Positions 49,809-63,923 of a DNA stretch of 64,000 nucleotides are shown here, in pieces; position 1 is the first letter of the stretch, and each line of letters begins with the position of its first letter. Source of the DNA: Alphaproteobacteria bacterium UBA6324 (lineage in GTDB: Bacteria; Pseudomonadota; Alphaproteobacteria; CAAGCB01; CAG-977); the NCBI GenBank assembly GCA_002439085.1, contig DJSW01000015.1:25393-89392 (forward strand). The letters are read 5' to 3'. The notes beneath the pieces were generated by a model that saw only the letters and a program-made list of their open reading frames with translations, did not search any database and was not told the DNA's origin. The position numbers were made by a program, and so were the translations under genes.

Positions 49809-50350
49809 TGTCGTTGAAAACGCGCTTTATCCTCCCCTTGTTGCTGGCGTTGTCCGGCTGTGTTTTCATCCCCGATTTTTATTCGCCGGAAATGGCGGAC
49901 GGCTATTCCGACGCCGAAAAGGGGATCGCCGCGTTCAACCGCGCGGATTATAAACAGGCGTTGCAATTTCTGGCGCCCGCCGCCGAAAAGGGCGACATCG
50001 ACGCGCAATACATGGTCGGCATGATCCACCTGTACGGGCTGGCGGAATACAAAAACAGCTTCGCCGCGCAAAAATGGCTGACGCTGGCGGCGCAGGCCGG
50101 ACAGCGCGCCGCGCAGGAACAGCTGGCGTTTTTATATAACGACGAACTGTCGTCCGTTTACAACCCGATCGACGCGTATCATTGGTTCAGCATCATCATC
50201 GCCGACCGCCCGCAGTATCAGGAAAAGCTGAACAATCTGGAATGGACGCTGCGCAGCCGCGGATTGCTGGCCACGGCCAAAACCATTCCCGATCCGAAAA
50301 AACCGCGGTACAAGGGCGTCGATTACAATTCTTTGTTTCCGTTGCGGTGA
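49808..50350 (+). CDS. Sel1-repeat (TPR-like) lipoprotein
   Basis: The start overlaps the upstream stop (TGATG; an alternative GTG is at 49805). Lipobox LLLALSGC. Sel1-type repeats (AEKGDIDAQYMVGMIHLYG...AAQKWLTLAAQAGQRAAQEQLAFLY). Confidence 0.75.
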   Translation: MSLKTRFILPLLLALSGCVFIPDFYSPEMADGYSDAEKGIAAFNRADYKQALQFLAPAAEKGDIDAQYMVGMIHLYGLAEYKNSFAAQKWLTLAAQAGQRAAQEQLAFLYNDELSSVYNPIDAYHWFSIIIADRPQYQEKLNNLEWTLRSRGLLATAKTIPDPKKPRYKGVDYNSLFPLR

Positions 50351-50359
50351 CCGACAAAA

Positions 50360-51913
50360 ATGACTGATAAAAAATTCCTGTTTTTGACGCGCGAAGACTG
50401 GCTGGCGTTGATCGTCTGTCTGGCGGCCGGCAGCGCGCTGAGTGCGTTTCTGCTTTACGACGTTTTGTGCGATCTGGCAAACTATCACTATTACAACGGA
50501 TTCGCCTTTGTTCACAACCGTTACGACATTGATGTCGCCCCCGCCGGATACCACAGCTTTTTCAATCCGCTGCTGGACGCCGTCAACTGGTTTTTGATCA
50601 AACGTCTGGACACAAACCCGCGGCTTTATTTCGCACTGACCGGATTGCCGTTCGGGTTGCTGCTGTTCGTCTGTTTGAAAATCAACCGGTTGTTTTTCAC
50701 CGATAAAACCGCCATTGCCGCGTCCATGGTTTTGGGCGCGACCGGTTTTGCGACGTGGTTCCAAATCGGTTCGACCAGCAACGAAATCCCCGTCGCCGTT
50801 TTGGTGCTGGCCGCCCTTTATTGGATGTTAAAGGGGGAAAAAGAGCTGTTCGCCGCGTTTTTATTGGGCGCGGCCGCGGGGTTGAAACCGACGGCGGCGA
50901 CCTATTGCCTGTCGTCCGGAATCGTGTTCATCGCGTTCAACCGCAGGGATTTCAAGCGCATCGGACTGTTCGCGCTGTGCGGCGTCCTCGGTTTTCTGGC
51001 GACGAACGGTTTTTGGATGTACAAATTGTACGCGATGTATCAAAACCCGTTCTTTCCGTTTTTGAACGGCGTGTTCCGGTCGCCGTGGTTCGCGGCGTCG
51101 AATTTCACGCCGATGCAGCTGGAATCGCCCGATTTGAACACGTCCCTGCCGAAACTGCTGTTGCTGCCGCTGCTGCTGATTTCGGTGACGGAGGGAAGCG
51201 AACCGACGTTGGATCATATGACGTTTTCGGATTTCCGCTGGCTGTTCGCGGCCGTTTTGCTGGTCGTCTGGGCGGTTCGGGCGCGCCGGATCAAAATGAC
51301 CCGTGCGGAAAAGTTTCTGGCGTTCTGGCTAATCGTTTCCTATGTCGTTTGGATCAAGGCGTTTCTGGTCGTGCGCTATCTGATCCCCGTCGAAATGATG
51401 CTGCCCGTGTTTTTCGTCAAAGCCGCGGCGTCGTGGCGCCCTCTGACGGGTTCGACCGTCAAACAGGCGGTCAAAATCTCCGCCTGCGTCGTTTTGTTCG
51501 CGATGTGCGTCGGCACGGTTTGGAATTCGGGCGTGTGGGGCAAGCTGAGCGTCGGCGAGAACGCCCGTTTGCGGCCGGATTTCCCCGACAAGCTGATCGT
51601 CCCCGATGATACGGTGTTTTTAACGTCCGGCAACCGCAATTCGATGTTTTTGGCGCAAGTGGCGGAAAAGGCGAAGATCAGGATTGTCAACAGGGATGAA
51701 AACCTGTGGCCGTTCATATCCAAAACGAAATGGGGCGAAAAAATCAAAAACACGGCAAAAGAACCGGCAATCAAAGCGTTGTGGATGACATCCGGCACGT
51801 CCGCCATCACCGTTGACGGCATGACCTGCCGCCCGTTTCAGGCGGACATGATTCACACCGTGTGTTTCCCCGACAAAATCGCAGGCGTCGCGTTTTTAAT
51901 GTTCCAACCCTGA
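50360..51913 (+). CDS. polytopic membrane protein, GT-C-like glycosyltransferase candidate (paralog 1)
   Basis: 517 aa with more than 10 hydrophobic helices. The N-terminal block YHYYNGFAFVHNRYDIDVAPAGYHSFFNPLLDAV is shared with 54993..56573. Confidence 0.65.
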   Translation: MTDKKFLFLTREDWLALIVCLAAGSALSAFLLYDVLCDLANYHYYNGFAFVHNRYDIDVAPAGYHSFFNPLLDAVNWFLIKRLDTNPRLYFALTGLPFGLLLFVCLKINRLFFTDKTAIAASMVLGATGFATWFQIGSTSNEIPVAVLVLAALYWMLKGEKELFAAFLLGAAAGLKPTAATYCLSSGIVFIAFNRRDFKRIGLFALCGVLGFLATNGFWMYKLYAMYQNPFFPFLNGVFRSPWFAASNFTPMQLESPDLNTSLPKLLLLPLLLISVTEGSEPTLDHMTFSDFRWLFAAVLLVVWAVRARRIKMTRAEKFLAFWLIVSYVVWIKAFLVVRYLIPVEMMLPVFFVKAAASWRPLTGSTVKQAVKISACVVLFAMCVGTVWNSGVWGKLSVGENARLRPDFPDKLIVPDDTVFLTSGNRNSMFLAQVAEKAKIRIVNRDENLWPFISKTKWGEKIKNTAKEPAIKALWMTSGTSAITVDGMTCRPFQADMIHTVCFPDKIAGVAFLMFQP

Positions 51914-51927
51914 TATTGCTCCTCGGC

Positions 51928-51973
51928 CGCCTTGCCTTTCTGTTTAGCTGGCAAGGCGATCGTGTTTTTTTTT
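51928..51973 (+). terminator. probable rho-independent terminator
   Basis: CGCCTTGCC-13 nt loop-GGCAAGGCG, then atcgtg and a T9 run. Confidence 0.55.
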
Positions 51974-51999
51974 ATTTTATCTCGGATGCGGGGGAACGC

Positions 52000-52557
52000 T
52001 CAGACTTTCAATCCGCACAAACCGAACAGGCGTTTCAACCGCCGTTTCACCAGTATGCGCGCCAAAGGGGAAATGATGTTTTCCAATTTCAAAAAACACC
52101 AGCCTTTGTAGCGGCAAAAGCTTTTCATATCAATGTATTTCAACTGTTTTTTACCGTTTTTGATCTGAACGACAAAATTGTTCAAATTGAAATCATAAAA
52201 AAACAAATCGTGCGCCAACAGATTATACGCGAAAAAATTCAGCTGTTCCGCCAGTTCGGGACAAATTTTTCCATTTGTTATATAATATCCCAACGGTTTC
52301 GACGGCGATCCGTCGTCGTCAAAAAAGGCTTCGCATTCCAACCCTTTCCCCAAATTCGTATCGACCAAACACGGGGCGGTTTGGGCGACAAAATCGTTTA
52401 AAACCGATTTGGCGGTGTAAAAAGTATGGATTTCGCGATCGAAAAAATCCGCTTCTTTGAAGCGAGACGGTATTTTAACGCATTTGCCCGTCTTTGTCGG
52501 ATGCTTAAAGCAAAGTCTGGTCGAACCCTTTCCCAGAAAGTCCGTTAAAATCAACAT
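52000..52557 (-). CDS. YrbL-family (PhoP-regulatory-network) kinase-fold protein
   Basis: 185 aa. LGKGSTRLCFKHPTKTGKCVKI resembles E. coli YrbL LGTGRHRKCYAHPEDAQRCIKI (from memory), and DFNLNNFVV resembles its catalytic-loop-like segment. The region is AT-richer than its surroundings. Confidence 0.7.
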   Translation of the reverse strand: MLILTDFLGKGSTRLCFKHPTKTGKCVKIPSRFKEADFFDREIHTFYTAKSVLNDFVAQTAPCLVDTNLGKGLECEAFFDDDGSPSKPLGYYITNGKICPELAEQLNFFAYNLLAHDLFFYDFNLNNFVVQIKNGKKQLKYIDMKSFCRYKGWCFLKLENIISPLARILVKRRLKRLFGLCGLKV

Positions 52558-52639
52558 CTTAATTCCAAAATCATTTGTGTCCGGTTGATGTAATTATAAT
52601 TGCATTTAAACAAACGTGTCAAGCGATAATCATTGAAGA

Positions 52640-52882
52640 ATGAAGCGAGAAGATGCTGAAAAATTATCGCAAAAAGTGGTCGAAATTCTGGAACGCGAAA
52701 GAATCGAACGACGCATCACAAAATTGCGCATTTCCAAAGAAACGGGGTTGAGCAGAACCGCCGTAACATTGATTGTCAACCGGCAAAACAGCCCGACTTT
52801 ACGGACGTTGCTGATGCTGGCGGATTGTATCGGCGTTGATTTGAAAAAAGCGTTGGACGAAGCGGAAAAAACATTAAAGTGA
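52640..52882 (+). CDS. XRE-family helix-turn-helix transcriptional regulator
   Basis: 80 aa with the HTH ISKETGLSRTAVTLIVNRQNSPTLRTLLMLADCIG. It is divergent from the yrbL-like gene. Confidence 0.75.
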   Translation: MKREDAEKLSQKVVEILERERIERRITKLRISKETGLSRTAVTLIVNRQNSPTLRTLLMLADCIGVDLKKALDEAEKTLK

Positions 52883-54925
<2,043 letters not shown>

Positions 54926-54992
54926 CGCTTTACCTTTCCTTTTCAGACCGTTAAAATGACCGCCGTAACAATATAAGGACGCGAACCGCCGG

Positions 54993-56573
54993 ATGCAATC
55001 CATTAACACAAAAAACCGTTCCACGCTCTTTCACGCTTGCGCCGCCCTGATTTTTCTGGCGGCGGGCGGGTTGGTTTCCGCCGCGTTGAAATTCGAGCTG
55101 ACCTACGATTACCTGCTGTATCACCATTACAACGGATTTGCGTTTTTAAACGGGCGGCTGGGAACGGACATCGCCCCCGCGTCCGTCGCGACCTATTACA
55201 ATCCGCTGTTGGACGCGCTGCTGTACAAGCTGAACGCGTTTTTCCGAAACGACCGCGGCGGATATTATTTCGCGACCGGCTTGCCGTTCGGCGCGATGCT
55301 GTTCGTTTTGTTTGAAATCTCTCTGCTGTTTTTCGATTTCAAAACGTTAAAAGGCAAGCTGTGCTGCTCCGCCGTTTCAATCATCGGCGCGACGGGCGTC
55401 GCCGCGTGGTTTCAAATCGGAACGGCGACGCATGAAATTCCGGCCGCCGCCCTTATTTTATCCGCGCTGTACCTGATCCTGCGCTTTCCAGATCATAAAA
55501 AGACCTACGCCGCCGCCGGTTTCCTGCTGGGCGCGGCCGCGGGGTTGAAGCTGACCGCCGCCGTTTATTGCGTTTCAACGGGAATCGCGTTGCTTTTGTC
55601 ATACAGGACGCTGGCGAAGCCTAAAACGTTCATCGCTTGGCTGGCCGCGGGCGGGCTGGCCGGATTTCTGGCGACGGACGGATTTTGGGCGGTCATGCTG
55701 TGGAACGATTTTCAAAACCCGTTTTTCCCGTTTTGGAACAAAGTGTTCAAATCGCCGTTTTATTTGAACGAAAACTACGTCGATCGCCTACATTTGGACG
55801 GCGTCACGGGTTTTCAGCTGGCTTTCCTGCCGTTTTACCTGATCAACCACCCCTATACATCCAACGTCGGCGCGCTGCAGGAACTGACCGATTTCAGATT
55901 TGCCGCGCTGTTCGTCACCGCCGCGTGCGCTTTGGCGTTCCGATGCCGCCTGTCGCCCGTGATGAAAAAAGCGGCGCTGTGGCTGGGCGTTTCGTATGTT
56001 GTCTGGCTGACAACGGCCGCCAACCTACGCTTTGCCGTTCCGATCGAAGCTTTAACCGCCGTCGTTTTGGTCGCGGCGTTTTCCAAATGGAAAAAGCCCG
56101 CGTCCCTGATCGGCGAAGCGTTGTACCTGTCCGCCGCCGTGATCGGAACGGCCGTTTTCGCCTCGACGGCCGTTTTGTCCGCCCCTTGGGGGTTCGGAAC
56201 GCGGGCGGACATTTTAAACGAACGGGTCGTCCTGCCCGAAAACGCCGTGCTGGAACTTTACCGTTTTCCGCTGGCGGGCGTCGCGGCCGAAATCGCCGAA
56301 ACGAACCCGACGGCGAAAATCGTCCTGTACGCCCCGTCCGACAACCAATGGCACGGGTGGGACATCGCCCGCATGGGGAAAACGGACGGCCTGCGAACGG
56401 ATCTGATCGCCAACGCCGCCGTCCGCGCCGCTTTGTTCCAAGACGCGTTCGGGCTGGTTTACGACGAAAATCCGGAATTGCTGAACTGGAACTGCCGAAC
56501 GCTGGACGTGGCGGCGAATTTCAAAACCGTCCTGTTTTCGGATGTCAAGCTGTGTATCGAACCGAAAAAATAA
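54993..56573 (+). CDS. polytopic membrane protein, GT-C-like glycosyltransferase candidate (paralog 2)
   Basis: 526 aa. [34 protein letters not shown] and later blocks (GAAAGLK(P/L)TAA.YC.S.GI; [13 protein letters not shown]) align with 50360..51913. Confidence 0.65.
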   Translation: MQSINTKNRSTLFHACAALIFLAAGGLVSAALKFELTYDYLLYHHYNGFAFLNGRLGTDIAPASVATYYNPLLDALLYKLNAFFRNDRGGYYFATGLPFGAMLFVLFEISLLFFDFKTLKGKLCCSAVSIIGATGVAAWFQIGTATHEIPAAALILSALYLILRFPDHKKTYAAAGFLLGAAAGLKLTAAVYCVSTGIALLLSYRTLAKPKTFIAWLAAGGLAGFLATDGFWAVMLWNDFQNPFFPFWNKVFKSPFYLNENYVDRLHLDGVTGFQLAFLPFYLINHPYTSNVGALQELTDFRFAALFVTAACALAFRCRLSPVMKKAALWLGVSYVVWLTTAANLRFAVPIEALTAVVLVAAFSKWKKPASLIGEALYLSAAVIGTAVFASTAVLSAPWGFGTRADILNERVVLPENAVLELYRFPLAGVAAEIAETNPTAKIVLYAPSDNQWHGWDIARMGKTDGLRTDLIANAAVRAALFQDAFGLVYDENPELLNWNCRTLDVAANFKTVLFSDVKLCIEPKK

Positions 56574-56605
56574 CGAAAAACCTCTTTACGGGCGATAGCG
56601 ACTAA

Positions 56606-57850
<1,245 letters not shown>

Positions 57851-57857
57851 AGAAAAG

Positions 57858-57888
57858 CCCTTCCGCCCAAAAAAACGGAAGGGTTTTT
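57858..57888 (+). terminator. bidirectional rho-independent terminator
   Basis: CCCTTCCG-cccaaaaaaa-CGGAAGGG+TTTTT between convergent genes. Confidence 0.8.
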
Positions 57889-57892
57889 CATT

Positions 57893-59656
57893 TTATGAAA
57901 ACGACAGGTACGCCCGTTCGCCGTTGATTTTGAACATCAGCGCCACACCGGATTCGCGCAGTTTTTCCTCGTCAATCAGGGACGGATCGGCCAGCCGGAC
58001 GCAAACGCCGCCGTCGGCCTCGCTTTCAACCGATACGATGTTGGCGTCCCCGCCTAACGCGGCGCGCACATCGACTGACAGAACGGGGGCGGAGATGACG
58101 GGAACGTCCGCGCCGGAACGCAAAAACTCCTCCATCTCCGTTTTCAAATTTTCCGATATCGTGCCAAAAACGGCTTGGACGCCGTGGCCGACGCGCATCA
58201 CGCCCGTCGCGCCCAACGCTTTCAATTCCGCATCACTCGCCTTGGCCGGATCTTTTAAAATCAGCCGCAGCCGCGTGATGCAGGCGTCAAGGTTTTGAAT
58301 GTTGTCCCGCCCGCCGAACGCGGCCACCAACCGCGCCGCCGTTTGCGTTTTCGCCCCGTGCTCATCATCGCCGGTTTGCGCGGCGGCCACGCCCGCGTCA
58401 TCGTCGCGGCCGGGGGTTTTCATATCAAACGCCGTGATGAAAAACCGGAACACGGCATAGTAGATAACCGCGTAAACGGGCCCCAGAACGAACACCAGCC
58501 ACGGTTTCGTATCCAGCGCGTAAAACAGGCCGAAATCTATCGCGCCCTGCGAAAACGTGTAACCGATATGTGCGCCGGCCAGATTGACGACGGCAAAGGC
58601 CGTGCCGACCAGCACGGCGTGAACGAAATACAGCGCGGGCGCGACGAACAGGAACGTGAATTCCAGCGGTTCGGTGATCCCTGTCAAAAACGCGGTCAAC
58701 GCGCCGGACGCCATGATCCCGCCGATTTTCAGCCTGTTTTCGGGCTTTGCGGTTTGCCAGATCGCCAACGCCGCGGCGGGCAGGCCGAACATTTTGATCA
58801 AAAACCCGCCGCCCAGTATGCCGGCCGTCGGATCGCCCGCGAAAAACCGCGGAATGTCGCCGGTGACGACTTCGCCCGCCTTGTTCACATACGCCCCGAT
58901 TTCAAAGAAAAACGGCACGTTCCAGATATGGTGCAACCCGAACGGCAGCAGCAACCGTTCGACAAACCCGTAAGTCGCTCCGGCCACCGCGGGCGCGCTG
59001 TACGCCGCCCACATGGAAAACGTGTTGATCAATTCCTGCACGGGCGGCCAGAACAGGCTGAGCGCGACACCCAAAACGATCGCGATCAGGGACGTTAAAA
59101 TCGGCACGGAACGCTTGCCCGCGAAAAACCCAAGATACGGCGGCAGACTGACGCGGTAGAACCGTTTATATACCCACGCCGCGACGACGCCGGCGAACAA
59201 CCCGCCGAACACGCCTGTTTGAATGGTCTTGATCCCCGCGTTCGTCGAAACGATCCGGCGCGCGAAATCGACGTCGTAGCCCAGCGCGTCGGCCAAAATC
59301 CCCAACGTTTCCCGTTCGGACGACACATGAAACCACAAAACGTCCGCCATGACGCCCATCGTCGCCTGCAGCACCAGAAACCCCGTCACCGCCGCCAAAG
59401 CCGCGACACCGTCGTTGTCGGTCAGCCCCAGCGTCGTGCCGATCGCGAAAATCAGCGGCATATTGTCGAAAATGACGTTGCCGCATTGGGTCATAACCTG
59501 CGGAATAACAGTCGGAATCCACGTCACTTCCGCATTCAGCAACCCCGACCCGATCCCCAGCAGCAACCCCGCGACGGGCAGGACGGCGACCGGCAGCATC
59601 AGGGATTTTCCGATTTGCTGCAAAAACATAAAGGCTTTCTTTCCCATGGCGGACAC
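57893..59656 (-). CDS. PTS glucose/N-acetylglucosamine-family EIICB component with an extra degenerate EIIB-like module
   Basis: 587 aa. EIIC N-terminus ([25 protein letters not shown]). EIIB active-site context [12 protein letters not shown] further ~67 aa resemble EIIB but lack the Cys. Confidence 0.85.
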   Translation of the reverse strand: MSAMGKKAFMFLQQIGKSLMLPVAVLPVAGLLLGIGSGLLNAEVTWIPTVIPQVMTQCGNVIFDNMPLIFAIGTTLGLTDNDGVAALAAVTGFLVLQATMGVMADVLWFHVSSERETLGILADALGYDVDFARRIVSTNAGIKTIQTGVFGGLFAGVVAAWVYKRFYRVSLPPYLGFFAGKRSVPILTSLIAIVLGVALSLFWPPVQELINTFSMWAAYSAPAVAGATYGFVERLLLPFGLHHIWNVPFFFEIGAYVNKAGEVVTGDIPRFFAGDPTAGILGGGFLIKMFGLPAAALAIWQTAKPENRLKIGGIMASGALTAFLTGITEPLEFTFLFVAPALYFVHAVLVGTAFAVVNLAGAHIGYTFSQGAIDFGLFYALDTKPWLVFVLGPVYAVIYYAVFRFFITAFDMKTPGRDDDAGVAAAQTGDDEHGAKTQTAARLVAAFGGRDNIQNLDACITRLRLILKDPAKASDAELKALGATGVMRVGHGVQAVFGTISENLKTEMEEFLRSGADVPVISAPVLSVDVRAALGGDANIVSVESEADGGVCVRLADPSLIDEEKLRESGVALMFKINGERAYLSFS

Positions 59657-59658
59657 TC

Positions 59659-62193
59659 CTATTTTTTCAAAAATTCCCCGATTTTCGACCGGACGGCGGC
59701 GGCCGTTTCCAATTCCAGCACCTCTTGCGCCAACAGGCGGCAGCGGTCGATCGACAAAGCCCTGACCGCCGCTTTGACGGCCGGAACGGCGGACGGCGCG
59801 ACGCTTAATTCATCCGCCCCCAAACCGATCAGGACGGGAACGGCCGCCGATTCGCCCGCCGCCGCGCCGCAAACGCCGACCCGCAGGCCGTGTTGTTTCG
59901 CGGCGTCCGCCGTTTGTTTGATCAACCGCAAAACGGCCGGATGCAACGCGTCGGTGAAATCCGCCAATCGGGCGTTGCCGCGATCCGCCGCCATGGTGTA
60001 TTGCGTCAAATCGTTCGTCCCGATCGAAAAGAAATCGACGTAACGCGCGAAAACGTCGGCCATGACCGCCGCGGCGGGGACTTCCACCATCATGCCGACG
60101 CCGACGGGCGCGGCCACGTTCAGCCGTTCGCGTTCCTCCGCGACGATTTGTTTCGCGCTGATCAGTTCGCCGACATCCGCAATCATCGGGAACATCAGCC
60201 GCAGCCCCGTTTTTCCGGCCGCGCGCAAAACGGCGCGGATCTGCGCGCGAAAAACGTCCGGCTCAGCCAGCGACAAACGGATGCCGCGCACCCCCAGAAA
60301 GGGATTATCCTCCCGCGGCATTTGCAAATAGGGTAAAGGCTTGTCCCCGCCGGCGTCCAACGTGCGCACGATCAGTGTCCTTTCCGCTCCCAGCGTTTCC
60401 GCGACGGCCGAATAGGCGGCGGCCTGCTCGTCTTCGTCCGGCGCACGCCCGCGTCCCGAAAACAGAAATTCGGAACGCAGCAAACCGACGCCGTCACCGC
60501 CGTTTTCAACGACCTGCGCCGCCTCTTTGACGGAAGAGATGTTGGCGCAGACCTCGATCCGCGTTCCGTCGGCCGTTACGGCGGGAACATCCTTTTCCTT
60601 AAACAAAGCCGTGCGGATTTCGCGATCCGCCTGTTCCCGCAAAGCGGCCTTTTTGCACAACAGGGCATCGGGGTTCGTGCGTAATTCTCCCTTTGTCCCG
60701 TCCAACAAAACGGGCGTCCCGTTTAAAATGTCCAGCACCGTTTCCGGCAATCCGGCGACGGCCGGCAACATCAGCGACCGCGCCAATATCGCCGCGTGCG
60801 ACGCCGCCCCGCCCCCGACGGTCGCGAAACCGGCGATTTTTTCGCGATCCAGCGACGCCGCGTCCGACGGGGACAGTTCCCGCGCGATCAAAACGGCATT
60901 GTCCGGCAGACAAAGCTTTTGTTCGACTTCGCCCGTTATCAACCGCAGCACGCGCCGCCCGACATCGCGCAGATCCTGCGCCCGTCCGGCCAACAACCCG
61001 CTTTTCATTTCGGACAGGATTCCCGCCTGACGCTCTGTCACCGTCCGCCATGCGAACGCCGCACTGCGTCCTTTGGCGATCAGATCGCCCGCCCCCGCCG
61101 CCAATTCCGGATCGTTCAGCAATTCACGGTGCGCTTTGAAAATGCCGGCTTTGTCTTCGCCGGCACGGCGGCGCGTTTGATCAAACAGATCGGAGAGCTG
61201 TTCATCCGCCTCCGCCAGCGCGCGGGTCAGTTTCTCCCGTTCCTGCGCAGGGGTCGCGCCGAACTCTTCGATTTCAATCGCGGCGTCCTGCAACCGCACG
61301 GCCACGCCGACTGCCACACCGGCCGAAACCGGAATCCCCGAATAAACACCGCCGACATCATCACGCCGCGCCGCGGGGGATGCGGGATCAACCGCGGCAA
61401 ATTCTTCGGCGGATCGGGTCAAATCCTCGCCCAATCCGGATTCGATCAAAGGAATCAGGGATTTGACGGCGTCCCGCGCGTCCGCCCCTTCGGCCGTCAA
61501 GCGGACGACATCGCTTTTTTGAACGTCCAATCCCATAACGGAAACCAGACTTTTGGCGTTGGCGGAACGATCCCCTTTCCATAACAGGATCGACGCCGAA
61601 AACCGCTTCGCCGCGTTTGTCAAAACCGCGATCGGCCGCGCGTGCAGCCCCGCCGGATTTTTGATTGCCATCCCCCACGATTCGACACGGTCGCCCGCCG
61701 CGTTTCCGGCCGCCTCCTCCTTAACCGCGGCGACGCGCAACACGACATCCGCGCCGGCGGCGACATCCCGTCCGGGCAGCAACAGTTCGACCCCCGCCGT
61801 CCGGCCGACGACGACCATTTCCGTCAGCAGGCTTTTCCCGCCGCTTTCAATCGTTTCGGGATCGAACGCGATCAGCGGATCGCCCCGATTCACGTTTTGC
61901 CCGACGGCCGTCCGGACATCGAACCCCGCGCCTTTGAGCATGACGGTATCCAATCCGATGTGCAACAAAACCTCCACCCCCGCCGCCGTTTTCAACGTCA
62001 AAGCGTGATGCGCGGAATGAATGTTCGTCACAACGCCGCCGCACGGCGCGCGCAATATGAACGATGTCGGCGCAAACGCCGCCCCGTCCCCGATCGTTTT
62101 TTGCGAAAACACCTGATCCGGCACGGATTCGACCGGCACAACCCTGCCCGATACGGGCGCGTACAATTCCAACACGTCATTATTTGTCATCAT
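59659..62193 (-). CDS. multiphosphoryl transfer protein EIIA(Glc)-HPr-Enzyme I
   Basis: 844 aa. EIIA-Glc ([25 protein letters not shown]), HPr ([13 protein letters not shown]), EI ([14 protein letters not shown]; PEP-utilising C-terminal TIM barrel [12 protein letters not shown]). Confidence 0.85.
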   Translation of the reverse strand: MMTNNDVLELYAPVSGRVVPVESVPDQVFSQKTIGDGAAFAPTSFILRAPCGGVVTNIHSAHHALTLKTAAGVEVLLHIGLDTVMLKGAGFDVRTAVGQNVNRGDPLIAFDPETIESGGKSLLTEMVVVGRTAGVELLLPGRDVAAGADVVLRVAAVKEEAAGNAAGDRVESWGMAIKNPAGLHARPIAVLTNAAKRFSASILLWKGDRSANAKSLVSVMGLDVQKSDVVRLTAEGADARDAVKSLIPLIESGLGEDLTRSAEEFAAVDPASPAARRDDVGGVYSGIPVSAGVAVGVAVRLQDAAIEIEEFGATPAQEREKLTRALAEADEQLSDLFDQTRRRAGEDKAGIFKAHRELLNDPELAAGAGDLIAKGRSAAFAWRTVTERQAGILSEMKSGLLAGRAQDLRDVGRRVLRLITGEVEQKLCLPDNAVLIARELSPSDAASLDREKIAGFATVGGGAASHAAILARSLMLPAVAGLPETVLDILNGTPVLLDGTKGELRTNPDALLCKKAALREQADREIRTALFKEKDVPAVTADGTRIEVCANISSVKEAAQVVENGGDGVGLLRSEFLFSGRGRAPDEDEQAAAYSAVAETLGAERTLIVRTLDAGGDKPLPYLQMPREDNPFLGVRGIRLSLAEPDVFRAQIRAVLRAAGKTGLRLMFPMIADVGELISAKQIVAEERERLNVAAPVGVGMMVEVPAAAVMADVFARYVDFFSIGTNDLTQYTMAADRGNARLADFTDALHPAVLRLIKQTADAAKQHGLRVGVCGAAAGESAAVPVLIGLGADELSVAPSAVPAVKAAVRALSIDRCRLLAQEVLELETAAAVRSKIGEFLKK

Positions 62194-62278
62194 ATTCCCT
62201 CCGAACCGCGGACTTTCATCCAGTTTACCGCCGAACGGCGCGCGTTCCCATACGGCAACAAGGTTATAGAGGGATATG

Positions 62279-62302
62279 AAAAAGCCCTCCGTCCGGAGGG
62301 CT
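62279..62302 (-). terminator. rho-independent terminator
   Basis: On the minus strand: AGCCCTCC-ggac-GGAGGGCT followed by TTTTT, 6 nt after the stop at 62308. Confidence 0.8.
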
Positions 62303-62307
62303 GTCGT

Positions 62308-63165
62308 TCAAACGTTGTAATCGGCGGCCGGTTTGGCGGCGGACGTTCCGTATTGCGCCGACACTTTGCGCGCGGCCTCGTACGCGTCCAGCTGGCGGGT
62401 CATCACTTCGGGGAACCACGACGCGGCGGGGGAAACGGATTGCGACGACGCCGACGGCAGTTTGTCCCGCTGATATCCGAATCCGTCCGCGGAAACCTGC
62501 GCGCGAATCGCCGCCGTGTCGATCGGGGCGGATCGTTTTTGCGTCAACGTCGTACCGGCTTCGTCGATCGTTTTATTCTTGGCCTGTTGGCGCCTTTCGT
62601 CCATCCTCATCCGCTTGGCGGCGTCGGACGCGGAAACCGTCGGCATTTGAGCGACGCCGAATTGGTGTTGCGCGTTATGAAACCGCGCGGCCTTGTCCAT
62701 GGAAAACACCTTTTCATTCGCCGACGGCATACGCGTTTTTTGAACGGATTGAGCGGTTTCGCGCGCTTTCGCCTTTTCAGGGGACATATTATAAGGGGAT
62801 TCTTTGCCGATCAGCTTTTCCGGTTTTTGCGAAAATCCGGTTCTGGCCAGCTCCGCATTCAAACGGCTGCCCGGTTTGACATCCGCGTCGGCGGCGACCA
62901 AAGGCGTCAGCTCTTCGCCGACGGACGCAACGGCAACAGTGCGCGGTGCAAAATTTTCCTGCGCGGCCAAAACGACGGGGGCGGTAGCCGCGGCGACGGG
63001 CTGCGCGTCCGATGTTTCCACCTTTGTTTCCGCAACCGGTTCGACGGCGGCGTCAACACTGATCAACCGATCGAAATCCGCCGCGGGCTTTGACGCCAAA
63101 GCGGTTTGAAAAGTCACCCCGTCCTGCCAGACGGCCATGTCAACCCTGAAATCCGTGCTTAACAT
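62308..63165 (-). CDS. hypothetical protein (285 aa, low-complexity/disordered)
   Basis: Long ORF with the expected codon bias, followed by a good terminator. No recognisable domain. Confidence 0.55.
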   Translation of the reverse strand: MLSTDFRVDMAVWQDGVTFQTALASKPAADFDRLISVDAAVEPVAETKVETSDAQPVAAATAPVVLAAQENFAPRTVAVASVGEELTPLVAADADVKPGSRLNAELARTGFSQKPEKLIGKESPYNMSPEKAKARETAQSVQKTRMPSANEKVFSMDKAARFHNAQHQFGVAQMPTVSASDAAKRMRMDERRQQAKNKTIDEAGTTLTQKRSAPIDTAAIRAQVSADGFGYQRDKLPSASSQSVSPAASWFPEVMTRQLDAYEAARKVSAQYGTSAAKPAADYNV

Positions 63166-63283
63166 TGTCAGCCTCCGTTTACTCTTTCCCTTATACCTTG
63201 CAATTTTCGTGCCAAGTATTTTTGTTTAAAAACGGCGAAAGCCCCCGTATGATGAAACCGTCCCTTTGAAACGGAGAATGCCC

Positions 63284-63922
63284 ATGCGCCAGATTTTGAT
63301 TTATTCGCCCGCCGAAAAACCCAGACAAGCCTTGGCCGGCGAGATTCGCGTGCTGGAAATCGCGCAGGAGGTCGTGGAAACGCCGTCGTTCGACGAAGCG
63401 GTTTCCTTTTTGCAAAACGAACGATTTTCGGCGGTGATCGCCGACGATCCGACGCCGGAACAGCATTTGCTGATGTCGTCCGTGCGGTGCGGCGTTCCGG
63501 CGTTTTATCTGGTGTCGCGGCCGTTTCCGGCGGACGACGTTCAAATGTTTCAAAAACCCGTCCGCCTGCCCGTGTTTTTAACGGCTTTGGTCGCCGCCGC
63601 CGCCCAATTCGAACAAAGCGACGACGCCAGCGTTTTTCTGGGAAAATGGAAATTCAATTTCGCCGCCAAAACCCTGACGTTCAAAGACGCCGAGATCCGA
63701 CTGACGGACAAGGAAGCCGCCCTGCTGAACTGTCTGCACCGCCACGACGCGCCGGTCGATCGCGAAACGCTGCTGCGCGAAATATGGGGATATGGCGACG
63801 GCATATCCACGCACACGCTGGAAACGCACATCTACCGCCTGCGCCAGAAATTGGAAACGACGGGCATCACGTTCACGATCGCGAACGGCGAAGGCTATAA
63901 ATTGCTGTGCACTTCCGTTTGA
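63284..63922 (+). CDS. OmpR/PhoB-type response regulator with an atypical receiver domain
   Basis: The ATG at 63284 lies 7 nt after GGAG. The C-terminal winged helix reads LTDKEAALLNCLHRH..VDRETLLREIWGYG...THTLETHIYRLRQKL. The receiver keeps a central Asp (VIADD), Ser and Lys-Pro (QKP), but lacks the N-terminal acidic pair (ILIYSPAEK). Confidence 0.75.
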   Translation: MRQILIYSPAEKPRQALAGEIRVLEIAQEVVETPSFDEAVSFLQNERFSAVIADDPTPEQHLLMSSVRCGVPAFYLVSRPFPADDVQMFQKPVRLPVFLTALVAAAAQFEQSDDASVFLGKWKFNFAAKTLTFKDAEIRLTDKEAALLNCLHRHDAPVDRETLLREIWGYGDGISTHTLETHIYRLRQKLETTGITFTIANGEGYKLLCTSV

Positions 63923-63923
63923 C

